NCBI GenBank assembly: GCA_016931255.1
Contig: JAFGFG010000009.1
Coordinates: forward strand, 164,661 to 228,660
DNA from: Candidatus Aenigmatarchaeota archaeon
Lineage (GTDB): Archaea > Aenigmatarchaeota > Aenigmatarchaeia > QMZP01 > JAFGSV01
Direction of reading: 5' to 3'
Length of the DNA: 64,000 nt
How positions within the stretch are numbered: the stretch's first letter is position 1; the number at the start of each line of letters is the position of its first letter. The notes under the pieces were generated by a model, which was given only the letters and a program-made list of their open reading frames with translations, did not search any database and had not been told where the DNA came from. The position numbers and the translations under genes are program-made. Of the stretch, positions 56,093-64,000 are shown in pieces.

Positions 56093-57439
56093 TTATGCGG
56101 CCAGATGGATGTCTTTCGTCCTGACCTTTGTTTTCTTGCCCTTTTCTGTCACATATCTCATGTAGGCTTTAGGCACCTTGAGATTGCCCTTCACAAGAGG
56201 GGTGACCCTGTAGTGGATTATCCGGTGGTCGCCCGGCTCTATGACAGGAAGATTCCAGATGAGCTCTGTGCCGTCTTCCATGTGCTTGAGCACAGGCTTG
56301 ACGGACTCAAATTCGTGCCTGACCTTGAATAGTGGTGATACAACGTCCCTCACGACAACATCGGTTATTTTCCTTCCCGCATTCTTTATCTCGATGACTG
56401 CAGTGTATGAACCATCATCTCCTGTTTTGAATTTCTTGCTGAGTGCCGGAACATTTATCCTGTTCCAGCCGAAAATAATGAAACCTCCGAGAAGAACTGC
56501 TATCAGGAGTCCTTCAGCGAACAGCGGCCAGTATTCTATTCTGTACTTTATCTCTGCGCTTTCCTTCGGCCCGAGCGAAAGCGTCCATTCGCATTCCCCG
56601 TTCTCGCACTTGTCGGGCTGCTGGACGAATGACACGAATCCTGTCGGAAGCGTTGATACAACAGTGTATCCGTCTTCATGGACATTACCCTCGTTAGACA
56701 CGCTTATGATTTTTTCATCGTACATCGACCCGGACACATCGTTTTCTGTTGTCACAATCATTCTTACAGGCTCTACTTTTACAATATCCTCAAAAGCGAT
56801 TGTTGTCCCTTTCACATATACTTTCAGCGTGTATGTCCCAGCTTCAAGTTCTCCAGTGAGGTCAAGCGTTTCAGTCACTTGGGTTTCCCCGTTTATCATG
56901 TATGACTTCGTGTACGCAGCTGAGTTAATGCCCCCTGAATTAACGAGAATGTAATCAACTGTTATATCCTCTTTCTGGGATGAGACAAGGTTCATTGTTA
57001 CAGTCGCTGCGTTGTCTTTCATGGTTATGCTGTGTCCCATGTCATCAACCTTCTCCCCTGAACGTACAATAAGCGTTATGTCTTTGCTGACCTTCAGCGA
57101 CTTGTCAAGGAATGATTGGAGGTGTACAATGTATTCGTATACGCCGGTCTTGTCATTGGGATAGAACTCCATCTCTATGTCCTTGGCATTAAGCAAGGGC
57201 ATATCAATGTAAGAGGTTCCCATGCTTATCCAGCTTGAAGGAGTCCCTTCAATGAACAGGTAAAGTCCTCCTTCCTGCATGTCGCTCTCGACATGCGCTG
57301 TGAAGAACGCAGAATTGAACGGTGTTGTGGTTTTCTCGTTTTCAGCTATATCCAGGCTGAAATCCATGGCCGAAGCAAAACTGAATGTGAGAAGAAACAC
57401 AATGAACATCGACGTCAAAATCTTTTTCACAATAACCAC
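56093..57439 (-). CDS. Secreted, membrane-anchored surface protein of unknown function
   Basis: A Sec signal (FIVFLLTFSFASA), a beta-rich ectodomain, a TM (LLIAVLLGGFIIFGW) and a C-terminal about 125-aa domain. Confidence 0.45.
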   Translation of the reverse strand: MVIVKKILTSMFIVFLLTFSFASAMDFSLDIAENEKTTTPFNSAFFTAHVESDMQEGGLYLFIEGTPSSWISMGTSYIDMPLLNAKDIEMEFYPNDKTGVYEYIVHLQSFLDKSLKVSKDITLIVRSGEKVDDMGHSITMKDNAATVTMNLVSSQKEDITVDYILVNSGGINSAAYTKSYMINGETQVTETLDLTGELEAGTYTLKVYVKGTTIAFEDIVKVEPVRMIVTTENDVSGSMYDEKIISVSNEGNVHEDGYTVVSTLPTGFVSFVQQPDKCENGECEWTLSLGPKESAEIKYRIEYWPLFAEGLLIAVLLGGFIIFGWNRINVPALSKKFKTGDDGSYTAVIEIKNAGRKITDVVVRDVVSPLFKVRHEFESVKPVLKHMEDGTELIWNLPVIEPGDHRIIHYRVTPLVKGNLKVPKAYMRYVTEKGKKTKVRTKDIHLAA

Positions 57440-57542
57440 CTAATCATTTGTGGTAGTTTATTGAATCTTAAATTTATAAAGGCTACTACAGAAAGGAAAA
57501 CAGCCAAGATTTATATTTGATTTTTTCAATATAGTCGTACAC

Positions 57543-57617
57543 GGGATCGTAGTGTAGCTTGGCCTAGCATCGGAGCTTCGGGAGTTCCAGACCTGAGTTC
57601 AAATCTCAGCGATCCCA
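57543..57617 (+). tRNA. tRNA-Pro (CGG)
   Basis: GGGATCG-TA-GTGT-AGCTTGGCCTA-GCAT-C-GGAGC-TTCGGGA-GTTCC-AGAC-CTGAG-TTCAAAT-CTCAG-CGATCCC-A. Confidence 0.85.
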
Positions 57618-57638
57618 TCAGTAATCAACTGGAAATGG

Positions 57639-57713
57639 GGGGCCGTAGTGTAGCTTGGCCTATCACTCGGGGCTGGGGGTCCCGTAACCGGAGTTCGAAT
57701 CTCCGCGGCCCCA
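57639..57713 (+). tRNA. tRNA-Pro (GGG)
   Basis: GGGGCCG-TA-GTGT-AGCTTGGCCTA-TCAC-T-CGGGG-CTGGGGG-TCCCG-TAAC-CGGAG-TTCGAAT-CTCCG-CGGCCCC-A. Confidence 0.8.
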
Positions 57714-57788
57714 TTGAACACTTTTAGAAAAAGCGCTCCCGGAAAATCCTGAAAGGTCTTTTTTATTTGATTTAGGACAACTATTACT

Positions 57789-58637
57789 ATGCTTGGCTGG
57801 ATACTGCTCGCCATTGGAATCGCCGGTTTCGGCTATGGCGGCTGGAAAGACCTAAAGACAACGGAATTCCATGACTGGCTTCCGTACTCAATGATAATAG
57901 CAGCACTCGCTGTGCGGGGGATTTTCTCCTATATCACAGGAGACCTTTCCATCATAACAGGTTCCGTCTTCTATGGGCTGCTGTTCCTCGGCTTCGGATA
58001 TCTCCTCTACTTCGCAAGGCAGTGGGGTGATGGCGATGCATGGCTCATGGGCGCATTGGGATTCCTCTTTCCGGACAGCGCAGGTTTCATTCCACCGCTG
58101 ACAGACATAATGCCTTTCCCGTTCGTCCTTGTTTTTAACTTCTTCCTGCTTTCCCTCTTGTACCTCATAGGATATGCGTTTATACTCGGAATGATGAAGC
58201 CGCATGTTGTCAGGACTTTCAGGAAGAATCTGAAGAGCAGGATAAAAGCGATATATGCGATATTCATATCAACAGGCATTGCATCTGTTGCAGTTCCCCT
58301 TTACATGAGTTATACTTATTCAGTTCCTCTTGAAAGCTTCGCGGGCATTTTCACCATTCCGTTCATAGGGCTTTTCATGATGTTCTTTTTCCAGTATGCA
58401 AGGGCTGTTGAGAACGACTTGTTCAAGAGGAAGATAAAGGCCAAGGATCTTCATGAAGGTGATGTGATAATAACTGACAAATGGAGAGGCATTACGGAGA
58501 AGGAAGTCAAAGAGCTTAAGATAAAAGGCGGGGATGTGTGGATAAAGGAGGGGGTGCGGTTTGCACCTGTGTTCATTCTCACGCTTCTCTTCACAGTTTT
58601 CGTCGGCAGTCTTACGGTTATACTATTTCCTCTTTGA
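57789..58637 (+). CDS. Archaeal prepilin/preflagellin peptidase (A24 family, FlaK/PibD-like)
   Basis: The first catalytic Asp motif WKDLKTTEF (DLKxRxI-like) follows TM1. The second is QWGDGDAWLMGALG (GxGDxKL-like). It has 6 or more TM helices plus a C-terminal domain. Confidence 0.6.
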   Translation: MLGWILLAIGIAGFGYGGWKDLKTTEFHDWLPYSMIIAALAVRGIFSYITGDLSIITGSVFYGLLFLGFGYLLYFARQWGDGDAWLMGALGFLFPDSAGFIPPLTDIMPFPFVLVFNFFLLSLLYLIGYAFILGMMKPHVVRTFRKNLKSRIKAIYAIFISTGIASVAVPLYMSYTYSVPLESFAGIFTIPFIGLFMMFFFQYARAVENDLFKRKIKAKDLHEGDVIITDKWRGITEKEVKELKIKGGDVWIKEGVRFAPVFILTLLFTVFVGSLTVILFPL

Positions 58638-58699
58638 CGTTCTGAAGTAAGATGGCGCATTTTTCTCTAATCGCTTGTTAAACAGTTTTTCAGCTTTCC

Positions 58700-59303
58700 C
58701 GCGTTCCTTAACTTACAGTGTATCCAGTCCTGTATATTTCATTTCGAGTCCCAGTGTTTTCCGGTCATCTGCCGGAAGCCTGTCGTCATACCTGTCAATC
58801 AGGAACTTTGCCACATCAAGATCGTTCCTTGTTCCTCCGTGTAACAACGCATCACCCGGAAGTGCCATAATCGCTAGTGTGGCGAATCCTCCGCCAATTG
58901 CATATCTCCATTTTTTGGGATAATGTGAATGCGGGAATCGAGCTTACTGGCTTCCCTTATAAGGTAATCGGGTATGTCATCTATCTTCATGGGGCTCAGG
59001 CAGTCCGCCAATCATAACCTTCCCTGACGACGCTGCTGTGCCTCCTGTCTGCGTTATATACCTTTCGAGCTCTTCCTTTATGTTGCCGTTGCCTATCATG
59101 CTCGGGATGACACCTATGCGCCTTTCGGAGTATGTCGGTGACATGTTATTTTTTTCGTAGTCCCTGAATGTGAAAACAAACTCATCGTCTGTTCTCTCTA
59201 TGTAGAGGTCGAATTGCTTGTATCTTCCTTTCTCTGGATCTTTCGGGATTACGGTCATTGATGATGTGAATTTCTTCATGATATCGCCAAAAGCAATAAT
59301 CAT
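58700..59303 (-). pseudogene. Probable disrupted gene. Three consecutive minus-strand reading-frame pieces are interrupted by a stop and a frameshift
   Basis: ORF 58977..59303 ends at a TAG (...GKVMIGGLPEPHEDR). Immediately downstream, MKIDDIPDYLIREASKLDSRIHIIP continues in frame to another stop. Then ...GGGFATLAIMALPGDALLHGGTRNDLDVAKFLIDRY... continues in the +1 frame. Confidence 0.4.
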
Positions 59304-59475
59304 AATTGAGAATAAGTTTTTAAGTCTGCCCTTTGCGGTAGTTTAAGTTCATCGCTAAGGTCTTTTTAGATTCGGTGTATAAATAAGTATCGTTTATTGC
59401 ACGCTTGCTATTGTTTTTCATTTATTTTTACTTTATCATATTACTCCAATCATCGTAGGCTGGGGATGGCATCCT

Positions 59476-59847
59476 TCAGTAAAAGCTCATCCAGATTAGC
59501 CACGCTCCCAGAAGCATCAGGACAACTGTGCTAAGAGCCTGCTTGTTCTTGAACCTCTGAGCCTGCTTGTGAATGTGTTCTGGGAATCCAATCTTCATAA
59601 TCCCCTTGATTAAGGTGAACCAGCCCAAAAGCGTGATTACAATCCTCCAGTCGGCAACCCAGACGTTGTGCAGGATTACCGTAGCCAGTCCCATAAGAAG
59701 TGTTATGTAACCCGTGGAGATTACAAACGATTTATCCTCTGTCATCTCTATCGTTTTGCCCAGCTGCCTCGTTATGATGAACAATAAGCCGAAAATCACA
59801 AAGAAACCGCCCAGGAATCTTGCGAGAAATATCGAGACTTCAATCAT
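59476..59847 (-). CDS. Small integral membrane protein (4 TM)
   Basis: Four hydrophobic helices. No family is recognised. Confidence 0.45.
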   Translation of the reverse strand: MIEVSIFLARFLGGFFVIFGLLFIITRQLGKTIEMTEDKSFVISTGYITLLMGLATVILHNVWVADWRIVITLLGWFTLIKGIMKIGFPEHIHKQAQRFKNKQALSTVVLMLLGAWLIWMSFY

Positions 59848-59948
59848 ATTTTATTATTATCTCCAGAGGATATAAAGTTTTATCTGGCTCCCAGGCTTAT
59901 CTTATAATATACTCAAAGTAGTTGAAAAGGAAAGGTCTTTCCCTACCT

Positions 59949-60632
59949 TCACCATTTTCTTGGACAGGTGGCTGCCCTCTGTATAATCCAGGCAACCCTA
60001 TTGCTTGAAATCCTTGTAGCGGTTTTGTCCTTTTCTCTTATGGTCACGAATAACGGCAGGTTCTGCCTGTTGGCATTGGTTCTGTAAGGGTATTCATTGA
60101 GCCAGGCCTTGATACTTTCCATACATGCAACGGCTGGCACCTCACGCTTTCCAGTTTTTCCGTTCAGGTTGACCTTGAAATAGTTGCCACAAAAAGTTAA
60201 ATCGCCTATGTTCAGATTGCATAACTCACCAAGCCTTGCCCCGTTTTCGGATAGCAGGCTTAGCATTGCCCTGTCCCTTGTATTCGCTGTACAGCCTATT
60301 ATCTGCTTGATTTCCTCGCTGGTCAGGAGGTCTTTTGCCTGAAGCGAACGTTCCTGGGCTCTGCATATTCTGTTTATCTTTAATCCAGCCACGCAGTCTG
60401 GATATACCCCACGCTTCTTTATGCCATACAAGAACCTGACGAATTTCCTTAATGTAAATTTGTACAGATTCATCGTTGAACTATTTTGAATCTGCTGCCT
60501 TACCACTGGGTTCTTCTTGCCGTGCTTCTGCCAGCAGTTAGAATATTTTCTGTTCAGCACGTTCATTGCATCAATCTTTTTTATGTACTTTGCGTAGATA
60601 TCTTCTCCTTTATCTTCAGGCATATCAAACAC
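59949..60632 (-). pseudogene. Tyrosine recombinase (XerC/D-like integrase) fragment lacking the C-terminal HxxR...Y catalytic boxes
   Basis: It has a core-binding domain and box I with the catalytic Arg (TRDRAMLSLLSENGARLGELCNLNIGDL). The ORF ends (...RVAWIIQRAATCPRKW*) just before the position of the HxxR box, and no downstream continuation was found. Confidence 0.6.
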
Positions 60633-60767
60633 CCCTTATTAAGCCCTCTTTCGGACTCAATTTAAGCAACGATGGCTTAAGCCATCGTTAGGGGTGCCAA
60701 AAAGTTTTTTAAGGGTTGGCGTGTTTGTAAAAACAAAAGAAAAAGAAAAACAGGGAAGAAGTCAAAA

Positions 60768-61052
60768 TCAGAACTTCTTTACCCTCTCAACGCCGGACTT
60801 CTTAACTACCGGCTTCTTGACCTTGGCTGGAAGCCATGACGGCCTGTTGGCGGGTGCATTGATTACCTTGACAGAACCCTTGAACCTGTGGATGGTGTAA
60901 GTACCGTCCTTGTTCCTCCTGCCTCTCTCCCTGAGCTTTATGTCACCGAAGCCTCGTGCTGCGGCCTTAAGAGCTGCCTGTCTGGGAGATTTTCCGGTAA
61001 ATACATGCTTGTTGCTGCCAGCCTTCATCTCATAATATTTTTTAGCTACCAT
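60768..61052 (-). CDS. Archaeal chromosomal protein MC1
   Basis: The segments HVFTGKSPRQAALKAAARG...IKLRERGRR...HRFKG...APANRPSWLP...KPVVKK align closely with Methanosarcina MC1. Confidence 0.75.
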   Translation of the reverse strand: MVAKKYYEMKAGSNKHVFTGKSPRQAALKAAARGFGDIKLRERGRRNKDGTYTIHRFKGSVKVINAPANRPSWLPAKVKKPVVKKSGVERVKKF

Positions 61053-61185
61053 ATTATTTACCTCCCGTAGAAGATTTCTATAAAACTTTTGCTTTTATGG
61101 TTTATAAAAGTTTACGCTAAGTGCCTGTTTCCGGAGCAAATAGTAACAAAAACGGACACATGAGCTTTAATTCACTAAAAAATCG

Positions 61186-62073
61186 CTATCTTGCGGACTT
61201 GTACCATTCAACCATTTTTGCAGACTCCTTATCGAAGTCTGCTTTCGGCTCGAACCCGAGCTCCCTTCTGGCCTTCCTTATGACATAATGCCTGTTCATT
61301 GTGAGGACGTTGAGATATATGCCCATCTTCATTGCTGCGGCTGCTGCCCTGACCATGAAGAAAGGAAGATGCCTGGGCTTTTTTCCGAGGAGCGTAAGAA
61401 GCTTATCTGCAAAGTCAGTGAAATGCATGGGAGAACTGTCAGCTATGTTGTAGGTTCCGCTGCCTTTTTCAACAGCTTTTACGAATGCGTCAGCAGCATC
61501 TGTTACATGGAGTACATGGGTCATATTGTCTGTATTAGGTACAGGGAATCCCTTTTCAAGAAGCTTCAGGTTCTTTTTCCAGCTTGGGCTGCCTTTCCCG
61601 TATACAGGCGCCATTCTCAGTATAACGTGGTTTATTCCCGAATCCCGGACGAACTGCTCGGCCTTCAGCTTTGACTCCCCGTATGGCGTTGAAGGAGTAG
61701 CAGGATAGTTCTCATCCGCCTCCCCCTTTACCTCTCCGTAAACCGAGACGCTCGATGCGTGTATGAATTTCTTTACGCCAGCGCACTGCTGGAGCAGATG
61801 CTTCGTTCCTATGGCATTGATTCTGAAAAGCTCCTCTGTCGAAAGAGAATATGATACAATTCCCGCAAGATGTATTACTATGTCAACACCGTCCGTGGCG
61901 CTTATCAGGGTCTGTTCTTTTGTGATGTCTCCCTCAACAGCCTCAACGCCTTTCGGAAGGGATGCTATGCTGTTTCTGTTCATGCACAGTGCCCTGACTT
62001 TGTAGCCTTTCTCAATAAGTCTTTTGGTAACTTCGCTTCCGACAAAACCAGTAGCGCCTGTGACGAGAATCAT
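61186..62073 (-). CDS. NAD-dependent epimerase/dehydratase (extended SDR)
   Basis: The Rossmann motif MILVTGATGFVGSEV is followed by an SDR catalytic region. Confidence 0.75.
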   Translation of the reverse strand: MILVTGATGFVGSEVTKRLIEKGYKVRALCMNRNSIASLPKGVEAVEGDITKEQTLISATDGVDIVIHLAGIVSYSLSTEELFRINAIGTKHLLQQCAGVKKFIHASSVSVYGEVKGEADENYPATPSTPYGESKLKAEQFVRDSGINHVILRMAPVYGKGSPSWKKNLKLLEKGFPVPNTDNMTHVLHVTDAADAFVKAVEKGSGTYNIADSSPMHFTDFADKLLTLLGKKPRHLPFFMVRAAAAAMKMGIYLNVLTMNRHYVIRKARRELGFEPKADFDKESAKMVEWYKSAR

Positions 62074-62124
62074 ACTTTATTCTTCTCTCGGGTACATTTA
62101 AAAACCTGTGGACAATCTATAACA
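62074..62124. promoter_or_regulatory. Short bidirectional intergenic region with a TTTAAAAA TATA-like box between the divergent SDR and GGGPS genes
   Basis: The sequence ...ggtacatttaaaaacctgtgg... lies about 25-30 nt from either start. Confidence 0.3.
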
Positions 62125-62937
62125 ATGGCAAGAAAGATGGGCCGGTATGTCCGGAAGATAATACCAGGCAAGAAGAATGTTGTCAAGAAAGGAAAGGTCG
62201 AAAAATACATTGATTCTATCATAGCTGACAGGAGAGGCGTCTTCATGGGACTCATAGACCCGGAAAAGCATACTTCTGAGAACGGAGCCAAGCTCGCCAA
62301 GACGATGTACGAGGGCGGTGCTGATGTAATAATGCTCGGAGGCTCCATAGGCGCTCAGGGTAATGTACTTGACGAGATGGCGAAAATTATAAAGGAGAAT
62401 ATTTCGGTTCCTCTTCATCTCTTCCCGGGAAATGTGAGCAACATAACGAGCCATGCTGATTCGATGTACTTCATGAGCCTCCTGAATTCCAAGAACCCAT
62501 ACTGGATAACAGGCGCCCAGTCACTTGGAGCAGGCACTGTCAGGAAGTATGAGATAGAGTCAGTGCCGACAGCCTACCTGGTCTTCGAACCAGGACAGAC
62601 TGTGGGATATGTCGGCGAGGCGAACCTGCTTCCAAGGGAGAAGGTCGACCTTCCTGTTGCATATGCGCTCGCAGCCCAGTATATGGGAATGAGGTTCGTC
62701 ATACTCGAGTCAGGCTCGGGAGCACCGGCTCATGTGCCTCTGGAGACTGTTGCCGCCATAAGGCAGATGACCAATGTGAACATAGTGATAGCAGGAGGGG
62801 TTAAGACACCGGAGGACGCCAGGAGCCTGATAAAGTCAGGAGCCAACTGCATACATATAGGAACCAAGATAGAGGACGAGAAGAACCCACTTGAGCAGGC
62901 GAAGAAGTTCGCAAAGGCCATACACGCCAAAAGGTAA
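62125..62937 (+). CDS. Geranylgeranylglyceryl phosphate synthase (PcrB/GGGPS family). The start is re-set to MARKMGRYV
   Basis: It has GGADVIMLGGS, HLFPG and FVILESGSGA, which fit a TIM-barrel GGGPS. The upstream 85 aa of the tracked ORF are antisense to the SDR gene. Confidence 0.75.
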   Translation: MARKMGRYVRKIIPGKKNVVKKGKVEKYIDSIIADRRGVFMGLIDPEKHTSENGAKLAKTMYEGGADVIMLGGSIGAQGNVLDEMAKIIKENISVPLHLFPGNVSNITSHADSMYFMSLLNSKNPYWITGAQSLGAGTVRKYEIESVPTAYLVFEPGQTVGYVGEANLLPREKVDLPVAYALAAQYMGMRFVILESGSGAPAHVPLETVAAIRQMTNVNIVIAGGVKTPEDARSLIKSGANCIHIGTKIEDEKNPLEQAKKFAKAIHAKR

Positions 62938-63084
62938 AGAATAAAATCTACTTGCATCGTTATTTAAGTTAAGGACATAAAATGTAGTATGAAAATCGGG
63001 AAAGTAATTAATAGGTCGCATGATACCAAATATCACTTCTTCGGTGGAAAGCGAATGAATTGAAATTCGCCCATTTAAGGAGGA

Positions 63085-63978
63085 GTGGGTAAGACATCCA
63101 TGGCAACAGCCACAGCAGTCACGCTGGCAGGCCGCGGGAAGAAAGTGCTTCTCATATCAACTGACCCCGCCCACTCACTCTCGGATTCCCTTGAGACTGA
63201 AATAGGGGGCGAAGTAAAGAATATGATGAAAAACCTCTTCGCTGTGGAGATAGACCCCCGGAAGTCGATGGATGATTACAAGGCGAAGATAATGCCCAAG
63301 ATTGAGGGCATGAATGTACTCAAAGGGCTCGGACTTGGAGACACATTCGACATGATGGGCATGACACCTGGAATAGATGAGATGGCTGCGATGGACAAGT
63401 TCATGCTGTACATGCGCTCGAAGGAGTACGATGTCATAATATTCGACACGGCCCCGACGGGTCATACGCTGAGATTCCTTTCGCTGCCTGAGGTCATGGA
63501 TTCCTGGGTGGGAAAGATGATAATGGTAAGGATGCGCTTCTCCGGGATGATAGGCGCGTTCAAGAAGATACTTCCTTTCACGAAAGATGAGGATTCTGAT
63601 GACATGGGGCTTGAGCAGCTGCAGGAGATGAAAGTCCGCATGGAGGAGGCCCGCAAGACCATGTCAGACCCCGAAAAGACACTTTACAATCTGGTCATGA
63701 TACCGGAGGAGATGAGCATACTGGAATCCGAGAGGACGCTTCCTGTCCTCAGGCAGTATGGCATAAACATCGGCAGCGTCATCGTCAACCAGATAATCCC
63801 CGCCAATTCGAAATGCAGCTTCTGCTCCGAAAAAAGGAAGCAGCAGATGGAAAGGCTGAAGATGGTGGAGAAGAAGTTCAGTAGCTTCCCGATAAAGCAT
63901 GTCGAGCTTTCGAAGGAAGAGGTGAAGGGCATGAGGATGCTCAAGAAGATAGGAAATGCTCTTGAGGCAAAACAATAA
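63085..63978 (+). CDS. ArsA/Get3-family ATPase with an apparently disrupted N-terminal P-loop
   Basis: It has VLLISTDPAHSLSDS, DVIIFDTAPTGHTLR and a CxxC (CSFC). A GGVGKTS is encoded in frame directly after a TAA stop, so no start exists that would include the full GKGGVGKT Walker A. Confidence 0.55.
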   Translation: MGKTSMATATAVTLAGRGKKVLLISTDPAHSLSDSLETEIGGEVKNMMKNLFAVEIDPRKSMDDYKAKIMPKIEGMNVLKGLGLGDTFDMMGMTPGIDEMAAMDKFMLYMRSKEYDVIIFDTAPTGHTLRFLSLPEVMDSWVGKMIMVRMRFSGMIGAFKKILPFTKDEDSDDMGLEQLQEMKVRMEEARKTMSDPEKTLYNLVMIPEEMSILESERTLPVLRQYGINIGSVIVNQIIPANSKCSFCSEKRKQQMERLKMVEKKFSSFPIKHVELSKEEVKGMRMLKKIGNALEAKQ

Positions 63979-64000
63979 ATACTCCTGTCTACTATAATAT

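Noticed and set aside
61870-62124. N-terminal 85 aa of the tracked GGGPS ORF
   Set aside because: This part is antisense to the SDR epimerase gene and has no homology. The GGGPS homology begins at MARKMG (62125), after a TATA-like intergenic element.

Overview
This 64 kb window reads as an archaeal chromosomal segment. The evidence is an unsplit rpoH-rpoB-rpoA'-rpoA'' operon, TBP, family-B DNA polymerase, type II GAPDH, GGGP synthase, the MC1 chromatin protein, tRNA-splicing endonuclease, r-proteins L6 and L32e, and class-III (prepilin-type) signal peptides. Both strands are densely coding. Housekeeping content includes a DNA ligase C-terminus (partial at the window start), nnrD, a TrxB-like oxidoreductase, an EamA transporter, MscS, a PspC-domain protein, semiSWEET, gapI-pgk, a PanK-II-like kinase, an OPT transporter, endA, rnhA-trm5, glmS-gapII-glmU, MetAP2, Ogt, speB, HAD, GNAT, an SDR epimerase and an ArsA/Get3-like ATPase. 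Accessory or envelope content is prominent. It includes two paralogous giant N-glycosylated type-I surface proteins, a large coiled-coil protein, a four-gene pilin-like operon led by a short exosortase/archaeosortase-like membrane protein, a distant A24 prepilin peptidase, and a Cys/Asp-rich MopE-repeat protein ending in a dockerin module. RNA genes are tRNA-Asp(GUC), tRNA-Pro(CGG), tRNA-Pro(GGG), a tRNA-Tyr(GUA) that appears to carry two introns (anticodon loop and T-loop), and a further ~238-nt tRNA-like locus with a long structured insert. The most unusual feature is an AT-rich island at 17.1-18.8 kb carrying five tandem, individually Shine-Dalgarno-led, mutually paralogous mini-protein genes (44-70 aa) of no recognisable family, wedged between the dockerin protein and the second giant surface protein. 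There is also a decayed region with an integrase fragment and a frameshifted gene next to the tRNA-Pro pair. All calls are from reading the sequence and ORF translations by eye; no searches were run.
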